Source of the DNA: Escherichia phage T2
Reading direction: 5' to 3' (one strand)
Sequence record: NC_054931.1
DNA: 64,000 nt
The translations under genes were made by a program, and so were the position numbers. How positions within the stretch are numbered: the first letter of the stretch is position 1; the number at the start of each line of letters is the position of its first letter. Shown here in pieces: positions 43,463 to 55,087 of the stretch. Under the pieces are notes generated by a model. It searched no databases. It was given only the letters and a program-made list of their open reading frames with translations, and was not told where the DNA came from.

Positions 43463-44380
43463 TCAAAATTCATTAATGCTATTAGTTAATTTAGAAAGAC
43501 CCGCTTTTACAAAATATGAATAAATTTTGCCACGCGGTGGTAATTTATATGAATTATAGTAATTCACAATGTTTGAAGCAATATTATCAGGAATATAATC
43601 AAAATCAATTAGAACTAAATTTTCTTTATAACGATTATATTCAGATTCTGTGAGAAGCACCTTAGCTTGCTCACGGTCATTAGCAATGGCTTCAACGATT
43701 GAAGTTTTCATTGAAGGAGTTCGTTCACCTTCAACTCTGGTAAACCAGAAGTCAGATCGTACTTTAACTGAAGCAACGTTATCCTTTTTGTCGCCTTTAA
43801 GGATTTTAGTCATACAGTCAATTTCAGCAGAACCGCTTTTAATTTTAACCCATTTCTTATGCATTGGAGACCATTGCTTAACATTTGGATATTTGTGAAG
43901 CTGTGTAAAGTCACCATCCGACGAAATGATTAAAATCTTATGTCCTTCTAAAGAGAACTTTTTAACAAGAACAGCAATATGGTCATCCGCTTCATACTTA
44001 TCAATATCCATAACAATGTATGGCATATAAGCTTTCAATTCATCTATAACTTTATGGCTGGATTCAAAATAACCTTCCCAGTCCCAAGTAGATTCTTCTC
44101 GTGCTTTTCCACGGTTTTTCTTATAATAATAAGCAAAATCACGACGCCAATATCCAGATTTCGCGTTATCAATACACAACACGATTTTAGTGTATCCAAG
44201 CGTTTTTGCTTTTTTGACATTAAACTTAATTGAGTTCAATATCAAATGACGAACCATTGATAAATTAATTTTTTCTTTATCTGGGAAGTTTACTAAAGCA
44301 GTTGAAAGCGCAATTTGACTAAAGTCAATAAAGCAAATTCCCTCTTTGTAATCTTCATCCAGCATCATTTCTAAATCCAT
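43463..44380 (-). CDS. rnh: RNase H (5'-3' exonuclease)
   Basis: 305 codons from MDLEMMLDEDYKEG; recognised as T4 RNase H. Confidence 0.92.
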   Translation of the reverse strand: MDLEMMLDEDYKEGICFIDFSQIALSTALVNFPDKEKINLSMVRHLILNSIKFNVKKAKTLGYTKIVLCIDNAKSGYWRRDFAYYYKKNRGKAREESTWDWEGYFESSHKVIDELKAYMPYIVMDIDKYEADDHIAVLVKKFSLEGHKILIISSDGDFTQLHKYPNVKQWSPMHKKWVKIKSGSAEIDCMTKILKGDKKDNVASVKVRSDFWFTRVEGERTPSMKTSIVEAIANDREQAKVLLTESEYNRYKENLVLIDFDYIPDNIASNIVNYYNSYKLPPRGKIYSYFVKAGLSKLTNSINEF

Positions 44381-44409
44381 ATGAACCCCGTTCAATTAGT
44401 GAGATTTCT

Positions 44410-44439
44410 ATTATATACCATCCAAATCTTAAAGTAAAC
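44410..44439 (-). promoter_or_regulatory. T4-type early promoter for rnh
   Basis: GTTTAC, 18-nt spacer, TATAAT on - strand; divergent from the gene 34 late promoter. Confidence 0.5.
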
Positions 44440-44442
44440 AAG

Positions 44443-44450
44443 TATAAATA
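44443..44450 (+). promoter_or_regulatory. late promoter TATAAATA upstream of gene 34
   Basis: Exact TATAAATA 35 nt upstream of the gene 34 ATG. Confidence 0.55.
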
Positions 44451-44484
44451 CTTATTATTGAAAACACAATAGGAGCCCGGGAGA

Positions 44485-47400
44485 ATGGCCGAGATTAAAA
44501 GAAAGTTCAGAGCAGAAGATGGTCTGGACGCAGGTGGTGATAAAATAATCAACGTAGCTTTAGCTGATCGTGCCGTAGGAACTGACGGTGTTAACGTTGA
44601 TTACTTAATTCAAGAAAATACAGTTCAACAATATGATCCAACTCGTGGATATTTAAAAGATTTTGTAATCATTTATGATAACCGCTTTTGGGCTGCTATA
44701 AATGATATTCCAAAACCAGCAGGAGCTTTTAATAGCGGACGCTGGAGAGCATTACGTACCGATGCAAACTGGATTACGGTTTCATCCGGTTCATATCAAT
44801 TAAAATCCGGTGAAGCAATTTCGGTTAATACTGCAGCTGGAAATGACATCACGTTTACTTTACCATCTTCTCCAATTGATGGTGATACTATCGTTCTCCA
44901 AGATATTGGAGGAAAACCCGGAGTTAACCAAGTTTTAATTGTAGCTCCAGTGCAAAGTATTGTAAACTTTAGAGGTGAACAAGTACGTTCAGTACTAATG
45001 ACTCATCCAAAGTCACAGCTAGTTTTAATTTTTAGTAATCGTCTGTGGCAAATGTATGTTGCTGATTATAGTAGAGAAGCTGTAATTGTAACACCAGCGA
45101 ATACTTATCAAGCACAATCAAACGATTTTATCGTGCATAGATTTACTTCTGCCGCACCGATAAATATTAAACTTCCGAGATTTGCTAATCACGGAGATAT
45201 TATTAATTTCGTTGATTTAGATAAACTAAATCCACTTTATCATACAATTGTTACTACATACGATGAAACTACTTCAATACAAGAAGATGGAACTCATTCT
45301 ATTGAAGACCGTACATCAATCGACGGTTTCTTGATGTTTGATGATAATGAGAAATTGTGGAGATTGTTTGACGGGGACAGTAAAGCACGTTTACGTATCA
45401 TAACGACTAATTCAAACATTCTTCCAAATGAAGAAGTTATGGTATTTGGTGCGAATAACGGAACAACTCAAACAATTGAGCTTCAGCTTCCAACTAATAT
45501 TTCTGTTGGTGATACTGTTAAAATTTCCATGAATTACATGAGAAAAGGACAAACAGTTAAAATCAAAGCTGCTGATGAAGATAAAATTGCTTCTTCAGTT
45601 CAATTACTGCAATTCCCAAAACGCTCAGAATATCCGCCTGAAGCTGAATGGGTAACTGTCCAAGAATTAGTTTTTAACGGTGAAACTAATTATGTTCCAG
45701 TTTTGGAGCTTGCTTATATTGAAGATTCTGATGGAAAATACTGGGTTGTACAGCAAAACGTTCCAACCGTAGAAAGAGTAGATTCTTTAAATGATTCTAC
45801 TAGAGCAAGATTAGGCGTAATTGCTTTAGCTACACAAGCTCAAGCTAACGTCGATTTAGAAAATTCTCCACAAAAAGAATTAGCAATTACTCCAGAAACG
45901 TTAGCTAATCGCACTGCTACTGAAACTCGCAGAGGTATTGCAAGAATAGCAACTACTGCTCAAGTGAATCAGAACACCACATTCTCTTTTGCTGACGATA
46001 TTATCATCACTCCTAAAAAGCTGAATGAAAGAACTGCTACTGAAACTCGCAGAGGTGTTGCTGAAATTGCTACGCAGCAAGAAACTAATACAGGTACTGA
46101 TGATACTACAATCATCACTCCTAAAAAGCTTCAAGCCCGTCAAGGTTCTGAATCATTATCTGGTATTGTAACTTTTGTATCTACTGCAGGTGCTACTCCA
46201 GCTTCTAGCCGTGAATTAAATGGTACGAATGTTTATAATAAAAACACTAATAATTTAGTTGTTTCACCTAAAGCTTTGGATCAGTATAAAGCTACTCCAA
46301 CGCAGCAAGGTGCAGTAATTTTAGCAGTTGAAAGTGAAGTAATTGCTGGAAAAAGTCAGGAAGGATGGGCGAATGCTGTTGTAACGCCAGAAACGTTACA
46401 TAAAAAGACATCAACTGATGGAAGAATTGGTTTAATTGAAATTGCTACGCAAAGTGAAGTTAATACAGGAACTGATTATACTCGTGCAGTCACTCCTAAA
46501 ACTTTAAATGACCGTAGAGCAACTGAAAGTTTAAGTGGTATAGCTGAAATTGCTACACAAGTTGAATTCGACGCAGGCGTCGACGATACTCGTATCTCTA
46601 CACCATTAAAAATTAAAACCAGATTTAATAGTACTGATCGTACTTCTGTTGTTGCTCTATCTGGATTAATTGAATCAGGAACTCTCTGGGACCATTATAC
46701 CCTTAATATTCTTGAAGCAAATGAGACACAACGTGGTACACTTCGTGTAGCTACACAAGTTGAAGCTGCTGCAGGAAAATTAGATAATGTTTTAATAACT
46801 CCTAAAAAGCTTTTAGGTACTAAATCTACCGAATCGCAAGAGGGTGTTATTAAAGTTGCAACTCAGTCTGAAGCTGTGGCTGGAACGTCAGCAAATACTG
46901 CTATATCTCCAAAAAATTTAAAATGGATTGTGCAGAGTGAACCTTCTTGGAGAGCAACTACTACGGTAAGAGGGTTTGTTAAAACTTCGTCTGGTTCAAT
47001 TACATTCGTTGGTAATGATACAGTCGGTTCTACCCAAGATTTAGAACTTTATGAGAAAAATAATTATGCAGTATCACCATATGAATTAAACCGTGTATTA
47101 GCAAATTATTTGCCGTTAAAAGCAAAAGCTGTAGATAGTAATTTATTGGATGGTCTAGATTCATCCCAGTTCATTCGTAGGGATATTGCACAGACGGTTA
47201 ATGGTTCACTAACCTTAACCCAACAAACGAATCTGAGTGCCCCTCTTGTATCATCTAGTACTGCTACGTTTGGTGGTTCAGTTTCGGCAAATAGTACATT
47301 AACTATTTCTAATACTGGTACGACTTCTTCTCGATTTACATTTGAGAAAGGTCCTGCTTCTGGTAGTAATGCTGATTCTGCATTGTATGTTCGTGTATGG

Positions 47401-48357
47401 GGTAATAAGTACAGCGGCGGTTCTGATGTAACTCGTGCAACGATTATAGAATTCTCTGATGCTACCGGCTCTCATTTCTATTCTCAAAGAGATACGTCAA
47501 ATAATGTGTTGTTCAACATTTCAGGTACGATGCAATCAGTCAACGCTAGCGTTCGTGGTGTTCTGAACGTTACAGGTGTCTCAACGTTTAATAGTTCAGT
47601 TACAGCCAATGGTGAATTCATCAGTAAATCACCAAATGCTTTTAGAGCAATAAATGGAAATTACGGATTCTTTATTCGTAATGCTGGTAATGACACCTAT
47701 TTTATGCTCACTGCAGCAGGTGATCAGAGCGGTGGATTTAATGGATTACGTCCATTATCAATTAATAATCAATCCGGTCAGGTTACGATTGGTGAAAGCT
47801 TAATCATTGCCAAAGGTGCTACTATAAATTCAGGTGGTTTGACTGTTAACTCGAGAATTCGTTCTCAGGGTACTAAAACATCTGATTTATATACCCGTGC
47901 GCCAACATCTGATACTGTAGGATTCTGGTCAATCGATATTAATGATTCAGCCACTTATAACCAGTTCCCGGGTTATTTTAAAATGGTTGAAAAAACTAAT
48001 GAAGTGACTGGGCTTCCATACTTAGAACGTGGCGAAGAAGTTAAATCTCCTGGTACACTGACTCAGTTTGGTAATACACTTGATTCGCTTTACCAAGATT
48101 GGATTACTTATCCAACGACGCCAGAAGCGCGTACCACTCGCTGGACACGTACATGGCAGAAAACCAAAAACTCTTGGTCAAGTTTTGTTCAGGTATTTGA
48201 TGGTGGAAACCCTCCTCAACCTTCTGATATTGGTGCTTTACCTTCTGATAATGCAACAATCGGAAACTTGACAATAAGGGATTTCTTAAGGATTGGTAAT
48301 GTCCGCATTATTCCAGACCCTGTGAATAAATCTGTTAAATTCGAGTGGATTGAATAA
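44485..48357 (+). CDS. 34: long tail fibre proximal subunit gp34
   Basis: 1290-aa ORF with internal ERTATETRRG...IAT sequence repeats; size matches T4 gp34. Confidence 0.95.
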   Translation: MAEIKRKFRAEDGLDAGGDKIINVALADRAVGTDGVNVDYLIQENTVQQYDPTRGYLKDFVIIYDNRFWAAINDIPKPAGAFNSGRWRALRTDANWITVSSGSYQLKSGEAISVNTAAGNDITFTLPSSPIDGDTIVLQDIGGKPGVNQVLIVAPVQSIVNFRGEQVRSVLMTHPKSQLVLIFSNRLWQMYVADYSREAVIVTPANTYQAQSNDFIVHRFTSAAPINIKLPRFANHGDIINFVDLDKLNPLYHTIVTTYDETTSIQEDGTHSIEDRTSIDGFLMFDDNEKLWRLFDGDSKARLRIITTNSNILPNEEVMVFGANNGTTQTIELQLPTNISVGDTVKISMNYMRKGQTVKIKAADEDKIASSVQLLQFPKRSEYPPEAEWVTVQELVFNGETNYVPVLELAYIEDSDGKYWVVQQNVPTVERVDSLNDSTRARLGVIALATQAQANVDLENSPQKELAITPETLANRTATETRRGIARIATTAQVNQNTTFSFADDIIITPKKLNERTATETRRGVAEIATQQETNTGTDDTTIITPKKLQARQGSESLSGIVTFVSTAGATPASSRELNGTNVYNKNTNNLVVSPKALDQYKATPTQQGAVILAVESEVIAGKSQEGWANAVVTPETLHKKTSTDGRIGLIEIATQSEVNTGTDYTRAVTPKTLNDRRATESLSGIAEIATQVEFDAGVDDTRISTPLKIKTRFNSTDRTSVVALSGLIESGTLWDHYTLNILEANETQRGTLRVATQVEAAAGKLDNVLITPKKLLGTKSTESQEGVIKVATQSEAVAGTSANTAISPKNLKWIVQSEPSWRATTTVRGFVKTSSGSITFVGNDTVGSTQDLELYEKNNYAVSPYELNRVLANYLPLKAKAVDSNLLDGLDSSQFIRRDIAQTVNGSLTLTQQTNLSAPLVSSSTATFGGSVSANSTLTISNTGTTSSRFTFEKGPASGSNADSALYVRVWGNKYSGGSDVTRATIIEFSDATGSHFYSQRDTSNNVLFNISGTMQSVNASVRGVLNVTGVSTFNSSVTANGEFISKSPNAFRAINGNYGFFIRNAGNDTYFMLTAAGDQSGGFNGLRPLSINNQSGQVTIGESLIIAKGATINSGGLTVNSRIRSQGTKTSDLYTRAPTSDTVGFWSIDINDSATYNQFPGYFKMVEKTNEVTGLPYLERGEEVKSPGTLTQFGNTLDSLYQDWITYPTTPEARTTRWTRTWQKTKNSWSSFVQVFDGGNPPQPSDIGALPSDNATIGNLTIRDFLRIGNVRIIPDPVNKSVKFEWIE

Positions 48358-48365
48358 GAGGTATT

Positions 48366-49481
48366 ATGGAAAAATTTATGGCTAAGTTTGGACAAGGATA
48401 CGTCCAAACGCCATTTTTATCGGAAAGCAATTCAGTACGATTTAAATTAAGCATAGCGGGATCTTGCCCGCTTTCTACAGCAGGACCATACGTTAAATTT
48501 CAAGATAATCCTGTAGGAAGTCAAACATTTAGCGCAGGTCTTCATTTAAGAGTTTTTGACCCTTCCACCGGAGCATTAGTTGATAGTAAGTCATATGCTT
48601 TTTCGACTTCAAATGATACTACATCAGCTGCTTTTGTTAGCTTCATGAATTCTTTGACAAATAATAGAATTGTTGCTATATTAACTAACGGAAAGGTTAA
48701 TTTTCCTCCTGAAGTAGTATCTTGGTTAAGAACTGCAGGAACGTCTGCTTTTCCATCTGATTCTATATTGTCAAGATTCGACGTATCATATGCTGCTTTT
48801 TATACTTCTTCTAAAAGAGCTATTGCATTAGAGCATGTTAAACTGAGTAATAGAAAAAGCACAGATGATTATCAAACTATTTTAGATGTCGTATTTGACA
48901 GTTTAGAAGATGTTGGAGCTACCGGGTTTCCAAGAAGAACGTATGAAAGCGTTGAGCAATTTATGTCAGCGGTTGGTGGAACTAATAACGAAATCGCGCG
49001 TTTACCAACTTCGGCTGCTATAAGTAAATTATCTGATTATAATTTAATTCCTGGTGATGTTCTTTATCTTAAAACACAGCTATACGCCGATGCCGATTTA
49101 CTTGCTCTTGGAACTACGAATATATCCATTCGATTTTATAATGCATCAAATGGATATATTTCCTCGACACAAGCTGAATTTACCGGGCAAGCTGGTGTTT
49201 GGGAATTAAAAGAAGATTATGTAGTTGTTCCAGAAAATGCAGTAGGATTTACGATATATGCACAAAGAACTGCACAAGCTGGTCAAGGTGGAATGAGGAA
49301 CTTAAGCTTTTCTGAGGTATCAAGAAATGGTAGTATTTCGAAACCCGCTGAATTTGGTGTCAATGGTATTCGAGTTAATTATGTCTGTGAATCTGCTTCA
49401 CCTCCGGATATAATGGTACTTCCTACACAAGCATCGTCTAAAACTGGTAAAGTGTTTGGGCAAGAATTTAGAGAAGTATAA
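48366..49481 (+). CDS. 35: long tail fibre hinge (knee) protein gp35
   Basis: 371-aa ORF; synteny. Confidence 0.9.
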   Translation: MEKFMAKFGQGYVQTPFLSESNSVRFKLSIAGSCPLSTAGPYVKFQDNPVGSQTFSAGLHLRVFDPSTGALVDSKSYAFSTSNDTTSAAFVSFMNSLTNNRIVAILTNGKVNFPPEVVSWLRTAGTSAFPSDSILSRFDVSYAAFYTSSKRAIALEHVKLSNRKSTDDYQTILDVVFDSLEDVGATGFPRRTYESVEQFMSAVGGTNNEIARLPTSAAISKLSDYNLIPGDVLYLKTQLYADADLLALGTTNISIRFYNASNGYISSTQAEFTGQAGVWELKEDYVVVPENAVGFTIYAQRTAQAGQGGMRNLSFSEVSRNGSISKPAEFGVNGIRVNYVCESASPPDIMVLPTQASSKTGKVFGQEFREV

Positions 49482-49486
49482 ATTGA

Positions 49487-49513
49487 GGGAGCCTTCGGGT
49501 TCCCTTTTTCTTT
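49487..49513 (+). terminator. terminator after gene 35
   Basis: GGGAGCC-TTCG-GGTTCCC hairpin followed by TTTTTCTTT. Confidence 0.6.
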
Positions 49514-49520
49514 ATAAATA
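49513..49520 (+). promoter_or_regulatory. late promoter TATAAATA upstream of gene 36
   Basis: Exact TATAAATA 24 nt upstream of the gene 36 ATG. Confidence 0.55.
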
Positions 49521-49543
49521 CTATTAAAATAAAGGGGCATACA

Positions 49544-50203
49544 ATGGCTGATTTAAAAGTAGGTTCAACAACTGGAGGCTCTGTCATTTGGCATCAAGGA
49601 AATTTTCCATTGAATCCAGCCGGTGACGATGTACTCTATAAATCATTTAAAATATATTCAGAATACAATAAACCACAAGCTGCTGATAACGATTTCGTTT
49701 CTAAAGCTAATGGCGGTACTTATCTAAACCGAGTTATCTTTAACCGGGGTATTCAAGTCCCGGGAGCCGGCAATGGTCTGACCGGGATGTTTGTTGGGCC
49801 AGGTGATGGAGCAACTTATGATAATGTTAACCTTGATATAATATCTTGGTATGGTATCGGATTTAAATCATCTCAAGGAACAGGACCCAGGACAATTGTT
49901 TTTAACGTTCGTGACGGTGAAATTTCGGCCCGTGGTAATATAAATTCACAGCGTCAGGTGCGAGCCGAAGCCGCAGCGCCCATTGCCGCGAATGACCTTA
50001 CTAGAAAGGACTATGTTGATGGAGCAATAAATACTGTTACAGCAAATGCGAACTCTAGAGTGTTGCGTTCTGGCGATACTATGACAGGTAATTTAACCGC
50101 GCCAAACTTTTTCTCGCAGAATCCCGCATCTCAACCTTCACATGTTCCACGATTTGACCAAATCGTAATTAAGGATTCTGTTCAAGATTTCGGCTATTAT
50201 TAA
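49544..50203 (+). CDS. 36: long tail fibre distal connector gp36
   Basis: 219-aa ORF; synteny. Confidence 0.9.
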   Translation: MADLKVGSTTGGSVIWHQGNFPLNPAGDDVLYKSFKIYSEYNKPQAADNDFVSKANGGTYLNRVIFNRGIQVPGAGNGLTGMFVGPGDGATYDNVNLDIISWYGIGFKSSQGTGPRTIVFNVRDGEISARGNINSQRQVRAEAAAPIAANDLTRKDYVDGAINTVTANANSRVLRSGDTMTGNLTAPNFFSQNPASQPSHVPRFDQIVIKDSVQDFGYY

Positions 50204-50211
50204 GAGGACTT

Positions 50212-53200
50212 ATGGCTACTTTAAAACAAATACAATTTAAAAGAAGCAAAACCGCAGGTGCACGTCCTGCTGCTTCAGTATTAGCCGAAGGTGAATTGGC
50301 TATAAACTTAAAAGATAGAACAATTTTTACTAAAGATGATTCAGGAAATATCATTGATTTAAGCATTTCTGCTGGTGGTAATATCAGTGGAAATATCACT
50401 CAAACTGGTGATTATACACAGACTGGAAAATTTAATTTAATTGGTCCGCAAATTGTAGCAAGCGGTGGATATATTGAGTTTAATTATCGTACTACTGGAA
50501 GTGGGGCTTGGTCCGGTCAACATACTGCGAAAGCTCCAATTTTTGTAGATTTAAGCTCAGCTACTTCCACATCTGAATATAATCCTATAATTAAACAGCG
50601 CTTTAAAGATGGAACTTTTTCATTAGGTACTTTAGTTTCTGAAGGTTCGTTGAAGATTCATTATATCAATGAATCTGGCGATTCGAAATATTGGACGTTT
50701 CGACGTGACGGCGGATTTACTGTTGACGGTGGAGGTTTAGGAGTATCAGGAGGTAGTATAACTACATCTGGAAATATTGCAGCTCTCGGAAATATTACTT
50801 CGCCTCAGATTAATACTAAAAATATTATTTTAGATACAAAAGCATTTGGACAATACGATTCGCAATCATTAGTTCAATATGTTTATCCTGGAACAGGTGA
50901 AGAAAATGGTATAAACTATCTTCGTAAAGTTCGAGCTAAATCAGGCGGAACCATTTACCATGAAATCGCTTCAGCTCAAACCGGTAAAAATGATGAAATT
51001 TCTTGGTGGACCGGAAATACACTTACTACTAAATTAATGGGTCTTCGTAATGATGGCGCAATGGTATTACGTCGTTCACTTGCTATTGGCACAATTACTG
51101 CTGACGAAAATACCAATAACTACGGCTCTCCTACTCCAATGGGAGAAAGATATATTGCTTTGGGCGATGCTGCCACTGGTTTAAAATACATTAAGCAGGG
51201 CGTTTATGATTTAGTAGGTAATTGGAATTCTGTTGCTTCTATTACTCCTGATAGTTTCCGTAGTACTCGTAAAGCATTATTTGGACGTTCAGAAGACCAA
51301 GGCGGAACCTGGACAATGCCTGGAACGAACGCTGCTCTCTTGTCTGTTCAAACTCAGGCAGATGTGAATAACGCAGGTGATGGACAAACTCATATCGGTT
51401 ATAACTCCGGCGGGAAAATGTCCCACTATTTCCGCGGTAAAGGCCAAACTAATATTAATACTCAAAAAGGCATGGAAGTTAACCCTGGTATTTTAAAATT
51501 GGTAACTGACTCTAATAACGTACAGTTTTATGCTAATGGAACAGTATCTTCAATACAAAGAATTAAATTTGATAACGGATTAGTTCTTACTGGTGCTAGA
51601 CCCGACGGTATTCAACTTGACGCTCCTACAGCAGCAGATGGCACTAAAACTATACTGTGGGCTGGTGGTACTCGCGCAGGTCAGAATAAAAGTTATGTAT
51701 CTATTAAAGCGTGGGGTAATTCATTTAACGCATCTGGCGATCGTGCTCGTGAAACGGTTTTTGAGGTAGGTGATGGGCAAGGTTTCCATTTTTATTCTCA
51801 ACGTGTAGCTCCTGCGCCTGGTTCGACTGTCGGGCCTATTCAACTCCGAGTTAATGGTGGTTTATTAACTGCAGGTAGTATTGTTGCTTCTGGTTCTATT
51901 ACAACTGAATCTTCTTTAAATGTTAATAATGGATTGTCTGTAAATGGACAAGCTAAATTTGGTGGAACAGCAAACGCACTGAGAATTTGGAACGCTGAAT
52001 ACGGTGTTATTTTCCGTCGTTCTGAAAGTAACTTTTATATTATTCCAACCAATCAAAATGAAGGCGAAAGTGGAGACATTCACAGCTCTTTAAGACCCGT
52101 GAGAATAGGATTAAACGATGGTGCGGTTGGATTAGGAAGAGATTCTTTTATAGTAGATCAAAATAATGCTTTAACTACGATAAACAGTAACTCTCGCATT
52201 AATGCCAACTTTAGAATGCAATTGGGGCAGTCGACATATATTGATGCAGAATGTACTGATACTGTTCGACCAGCTGGTGCAGGTTCATTTGTCTCGCAAA
52301 ATAATGAAAACGTTCGTGCTCCATTCTATATGAATATTAATCGTACAGATACAAGTACTTACGTTCCTATTTTAAAACAACGTTATGTTCAAGGAAATAG
52401 CTGTTATTCTTTAGGTACATTAATTAGTACGGGTGATTTTAGAATTCATTATCATGAAGGTGGTGATAATGGTTCAACAGGTCCACAAAAGGCGGATTTA
52501 GCATGGCAATTTAGACGTGATGGCTCGTTCCGTTCACCTAATAAAATTGAAATTAATGCCGTTACAATTGGTACTGATGGCAACATCACAGGTGGTACTG
52601 GTAATTTTGCCAACTTAAATACCACGTTAAATCGTAAAACGACTGTGGGAGGTTGGGCTGGTAGTTCCGTTGTTGGATGGTACAAATTTGCTACAGTAAC
52701 AATTCCTCAGAGTACTGGCACAGTAACTTTTAAAATTTCCGGTGGAGCTGGTTTTAATTTTAAAAGCTATAACCAAGCTTCTATTGCTGAGATAGTTCTT
52801 CGCACAGGTAATAATCCTAAAGGCATAAACGCTGTACTATGGAACAGGTCAGACCTGAGTTTTAATCAGATAGCTACTATGAATACATCTGATGATACTT
52901 ATGATGTATACGTATTCTGTGAAGGTTATACAAACGCATTGATAGTTGAATATTCATGTAGTGAAAACTCTTCAGTAACTGTAGTCGGTCTTAACGGAGG
53001 CATTCAACCAGTTGTTGATGCATTGCCTGAGGGACATGTTGTAGGTAAAACAGTTCGTCTGTTAAATAATATTGGCGGAACTTTCGCAGCTGGCGAATCT
53101 GACATTGTTACTCGTGGTGAATACGTTGCTGATAATCAAAAAGGCATGCGTATTAAATCTAACGGTAATAATATCGGTTCTAATGCTGCTATACTTCGAA

Positions 53201-54237
53201 ATGACGGCGGAAGTTTTTATATTTTAGCTACAGATAAAAATACAGCAGAAAAATCCGATGCAGCTAATGGTGATTGGAATGGCTTAAGACCTTTCGCCAT
53301 TAATATGGCTGATGGTCGCGTTGGTATGAACCATGGTCTAAATATTACCGGCGGTGGCTTGAATGTTACTGGTGGCTTGAATGTTACTAGTGGTAATACT
53401 AGTTTAGGTAATATTTCGTCTCGTGTGGTGGCTCGTTGGCGAGGAGCGTCCGGTTGGGCTGATAACTCGGATACAATGAAATCTAAAATCACCTTTATGG
53501 CAGACCATGGGGATTTATCTAATTCAGACAGTTATTATCCTATTGTAGGCGCATACAGCAACTATGGTTCAGCGGGTTATCGTCAAACCTTTGAGTTCGG
53601 ATGGGTCGGTTCCGGCACTACAGCGGGTTGGCGCGATGGTATTATTCGTATTCGCGGAGATAATGCTAATGGCCAGCAAGCAAGATGGCGCTTTACAATG
53701 GACGGTACTTTAGATTGCCCTGGTAAAGTACTGCTACCACAAACAGGTGCCTTTGGTGTCAATACATCAAATGGTCTCGGTGGAAATAGTATAACATTTG
53801 GTGATAGCGATACTGGTATTAAGCAAAATGGCGATGGATTATTAGACATATATGCGAACAGCGTACAAGTATTCCGTTTCCAAAACGGTGATTTGTACTC
53901 ATACAAAAATATAAATGCTCCAAACGTTTATATTCGTTCTGATATTCGTTTAAAATCCAACTTCAAACCTATCGAAAATGCGCTTGATAAAGTTGAAAAA
54001 CTTAACGGTGTCATTTACGATAAAGCTGAATACATCGGTGGAGAGGCAATTGAAACTGAAGCGGGTATTGTGGCTCAAACGTTACAAGACGTTTTACCAG
54101 AAGCTGTCCGTGAAACAGAAGACAGCAAGGGTAATAAAATACTCACTGTTTCTTCTCAAGCCCAGATTGCTCTTCTAGTTGAAGCTGTGAAAACACTTTC
54201 TGCTCGTGTAAAAGAACTTGAATCTAAACTTATGTAA
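50212..54237 (+). CDS. 37: long tail fibre distal subunit gp37, T2-type with C-terminal intramolecular chaperone domain
   Basis: 1341-aa ORF (T4 gp37 is about 1026 aa); last 99 codons (53938-54234, [18 protein letters not shown]...) resemble self-cleaving chaperone domains of phage fibres. Confidence 0.9.
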   Translation: MATLKQIQFKRSKTAGARPAASVLAEGELAINLKDRTIFTKDDSGNIIDLSISAGGNISGNITQTGDYTQTGKFNLIGPQIVASGGYIEFNYRTTGSGAWSGQHTAKAPIFVDLSSATSTSEYNPIIKQRFKDGTFSLGTLVSEGSLKIHYINESGDSKYWTFRRDGGFTVDGGGLGVSGGSITTSGNIAALGNITSPQINTKNIILDTKAFGQYDSQSLVQYVYPGTGEENGINYLRKVRAKSGGTIYHEIASAQTGKNDEISWWTGNTLTTKLMGLRNDGAMVLRRSLAIGTITADENTNNYGSPTPMGERYIALGDAATGLKYIKQGVYDLVGNWNSVASITPDSFRSTRKALFGRSEDQGGTWTMPGTNAALLSVQTQADVNNAGDGQTHIGYNSGGKMSHYFRGKGQTNINTQKGMEVNPGILKLVTDSNNVQFYANGTVSSIQRIKFDNGLVLTGARPDGIQLDAPTAADGTKTILWAGGTRAGQNKSYVSIKAWGNSFNASGDRARETVFEVGDGQGFHFYSQRVAPAPGSTVGPIQLRVNGGLLTAGSIVASGSITTESSLNVNNGLSVNGQAKFGGTANALRIWNAEYGVIFRRSESNFYIIPTNQNEGESGDIHSSLRPVRIGLNDGAVGLGRDSFIVDQNNALTTINSNSRINANFRMQLGQSTYIDAECTDTVRPAGAGSFVSQNNENVRAPFYMNINRTDTSTYVPILKQRYVQGNSCYSLGTLISTGDFRIHYHEGGDNGSTGPQKADLAWQFRRDGSFRSPNKIEINAVTIGTDGNITGGTGNFANLNTTLNRKTTVGGWAGSSVVGWYKFATVTIPQSTGTVTFKISGGAGFNFKSYNQASIAEIVLRTGNNPKGINAVLWNRSDLSFNQIATMNTSDDTYDVYVFCEGYTNALIVEYSCSENSSVTVVGLNGGIQPVVDALPEGHVVGKTVRLLNNIGGTFAAGESDIVTRGEYVADNQKGMRIKSNGNNIGSNAAILRNDGGSFYILATDKNTAEKSDAANGDWNGLRPFAINMADGRVGMNHGLNITGGGLNVTGGLNVTSGNTSLGNISSRVVARWRGASGWADNSDTMKSKITFMADHGDLSNSDSYYPIVGAYSNYGSAGYRQTFEFGWVGSGTTAGWRDGIIRIRGDNANGQQARWRFTMDGTLDCPGKVLLPQTGAFGVNTSNGLGGNSITFGDSDTGIKQNGDGLLDIYANSVQVFRFQNGDLYSYKNINAPNVYIRSDIRLKSNFKPIENALDKVEKLNGVIYDKAEYIGGEAIETEAGIVAQTLQDVLPEAVRETEDSKGNKILTVSSQAQIALLVEAVKTLSARVKELESKLM

Positions 54238-54239
54238 AA

Positions 54240-54255
54240 GAGGGCTTCGGCCCTC
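54240..54255 (+). other. stem-loop GAGGGC-TTCG-GCCCTC between genes 37 and 38
   Basis: GC hairpin without strong T tract; possible RNA processing or stability element. Confidence 0.4.
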
Positions 54256-54267
54256 TAAGGATTTTTA

Positions 54268-55056
54268 ATGGCAATTGTAGGTGTTCCTGGCTGGATTGGA
54301 GAATCTGCCGTGAATGAAACTGGACAACGCTGGATGGATGCTGCGATGAGAGCTGTTCATGTTTCAGTTCCCGGCTGGATGAGCTCAATGGCAGGACAAT
54401 CAAAAGAAATTTATCTATCTATAGGGGCTAACCATAATTATGATAGAAACTCCCTTATTAACTGGATGAGGGCTCAAGGTGGTGCGCCCGTGGTTATTAC
54501 AATCACTGGTGACTTAGTATCAAACAGCACAGGTAACGCTTGTTTGGAATTTCCTAGTGACCTTCCTAACGCGTATATTCAACTTATCATTAATAGCGGT
54601 GTGACTGTTTATGGCCGAGGAGGTAATGGTTCTACTAATAGTTCGGCAGGTGGAAACGGTGGTACAGCTATCCATAATGCAGCCGGAACTAAACTCCGTA
54701 TTCGTAATAACGGCGCTATTGCCGGTGGTGGCGGTGGTGGCGGTGCCGCATCATTGAAAAATAGCTATCCAACTAATGGTAGCTGCGGTGGTGGCGGCGG
54801 TAGACCATTTGGCGTAGGTGGCAAAATAGGCTCTGACTCTATATTGTCCGGTTCGAATGCGTCTTTAACAGATGCCGGTACAGGTGGTACTACATTCCAA
54901 TACGGCGCAGGTAACGGCGGTAACGTTGGAGCTGGCGGTGGACGAGGATGGGGCAAAAATGTTTATACTTCAGAGGGTGGCGCAGCTGGTGCTGCTGTCA
55001 CAGGCAATGCTCCTAACTGGCAAAACGTAGGAACTATTTACGGCTCAAGAGTCTAA
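54268..55056 (+). CDS. 38: T2-type receptor-binding adhesin gp38 (glycine-rich motifs)
   Basis: 262-aa ORF with several poly-Gly blocks (GGGGGGGAAS, CGGGGGRPFGVGG, GAGGGRGWG) separated by variable segments; unlike the 183-aa T4 gp38 chaperone. Confidence 0.88.
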   Translation: MAIVGVPGWIGESAVNETGQRWMDAAMRAVHVSVPGWMSSMAGQSKEIYLSIGANHNYDRNSLINWMRAQGGAPVVITITGDLVSNSTGNACLEFPSDLPNAYIQLIINSGVTVYGRGGNGSTNSSAGGNGGTAIHNAAGTKLRIRNNGAIAGGGGGGGAASLKNSYPTNGSCGGGGGRPFGVGGKIGSDSILSGSNASLTDAGTGGTTFQYGAGNGGNVGAGGGRGWGKNVYTSEGGAAGAAVTGNAPNWQNVGTIYGSRV

Positions 55057-55087
55057 TTTTTGAATAAATATCTTAAAAGGAGGGTCT

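Noticed and set aside
45901-46143. Repeated about 25-nt blocks (ACTGCTACTGAAACTCGCAGAGGT...) in gene 34, and the antisense ORF over them
   Set aside because: In-frame coding repeats of the fibre shaft (ERTATETRRG...IAT units), not a CRISPR array or mobile repeat; the antisense ORF is spurious.
53353-53388. Perfect tandem duplication of an 18-nt unit (GGTGGCTTGAATGTTACT x2) in gene 37
   Set aside because: In-frame duplication encoding [12 protein letters not shown] within a repetitive fibre domain; a slippage product, not a regulatory or mobile element.
52452-53906. Three Pro-rich - strand ORFs inside gene 37 and one inside gene 38 (54765-54956)
   Set aside because: Reverse-strand reading of Gly-rich codons yields Pro-rich artefacts; no independent support.
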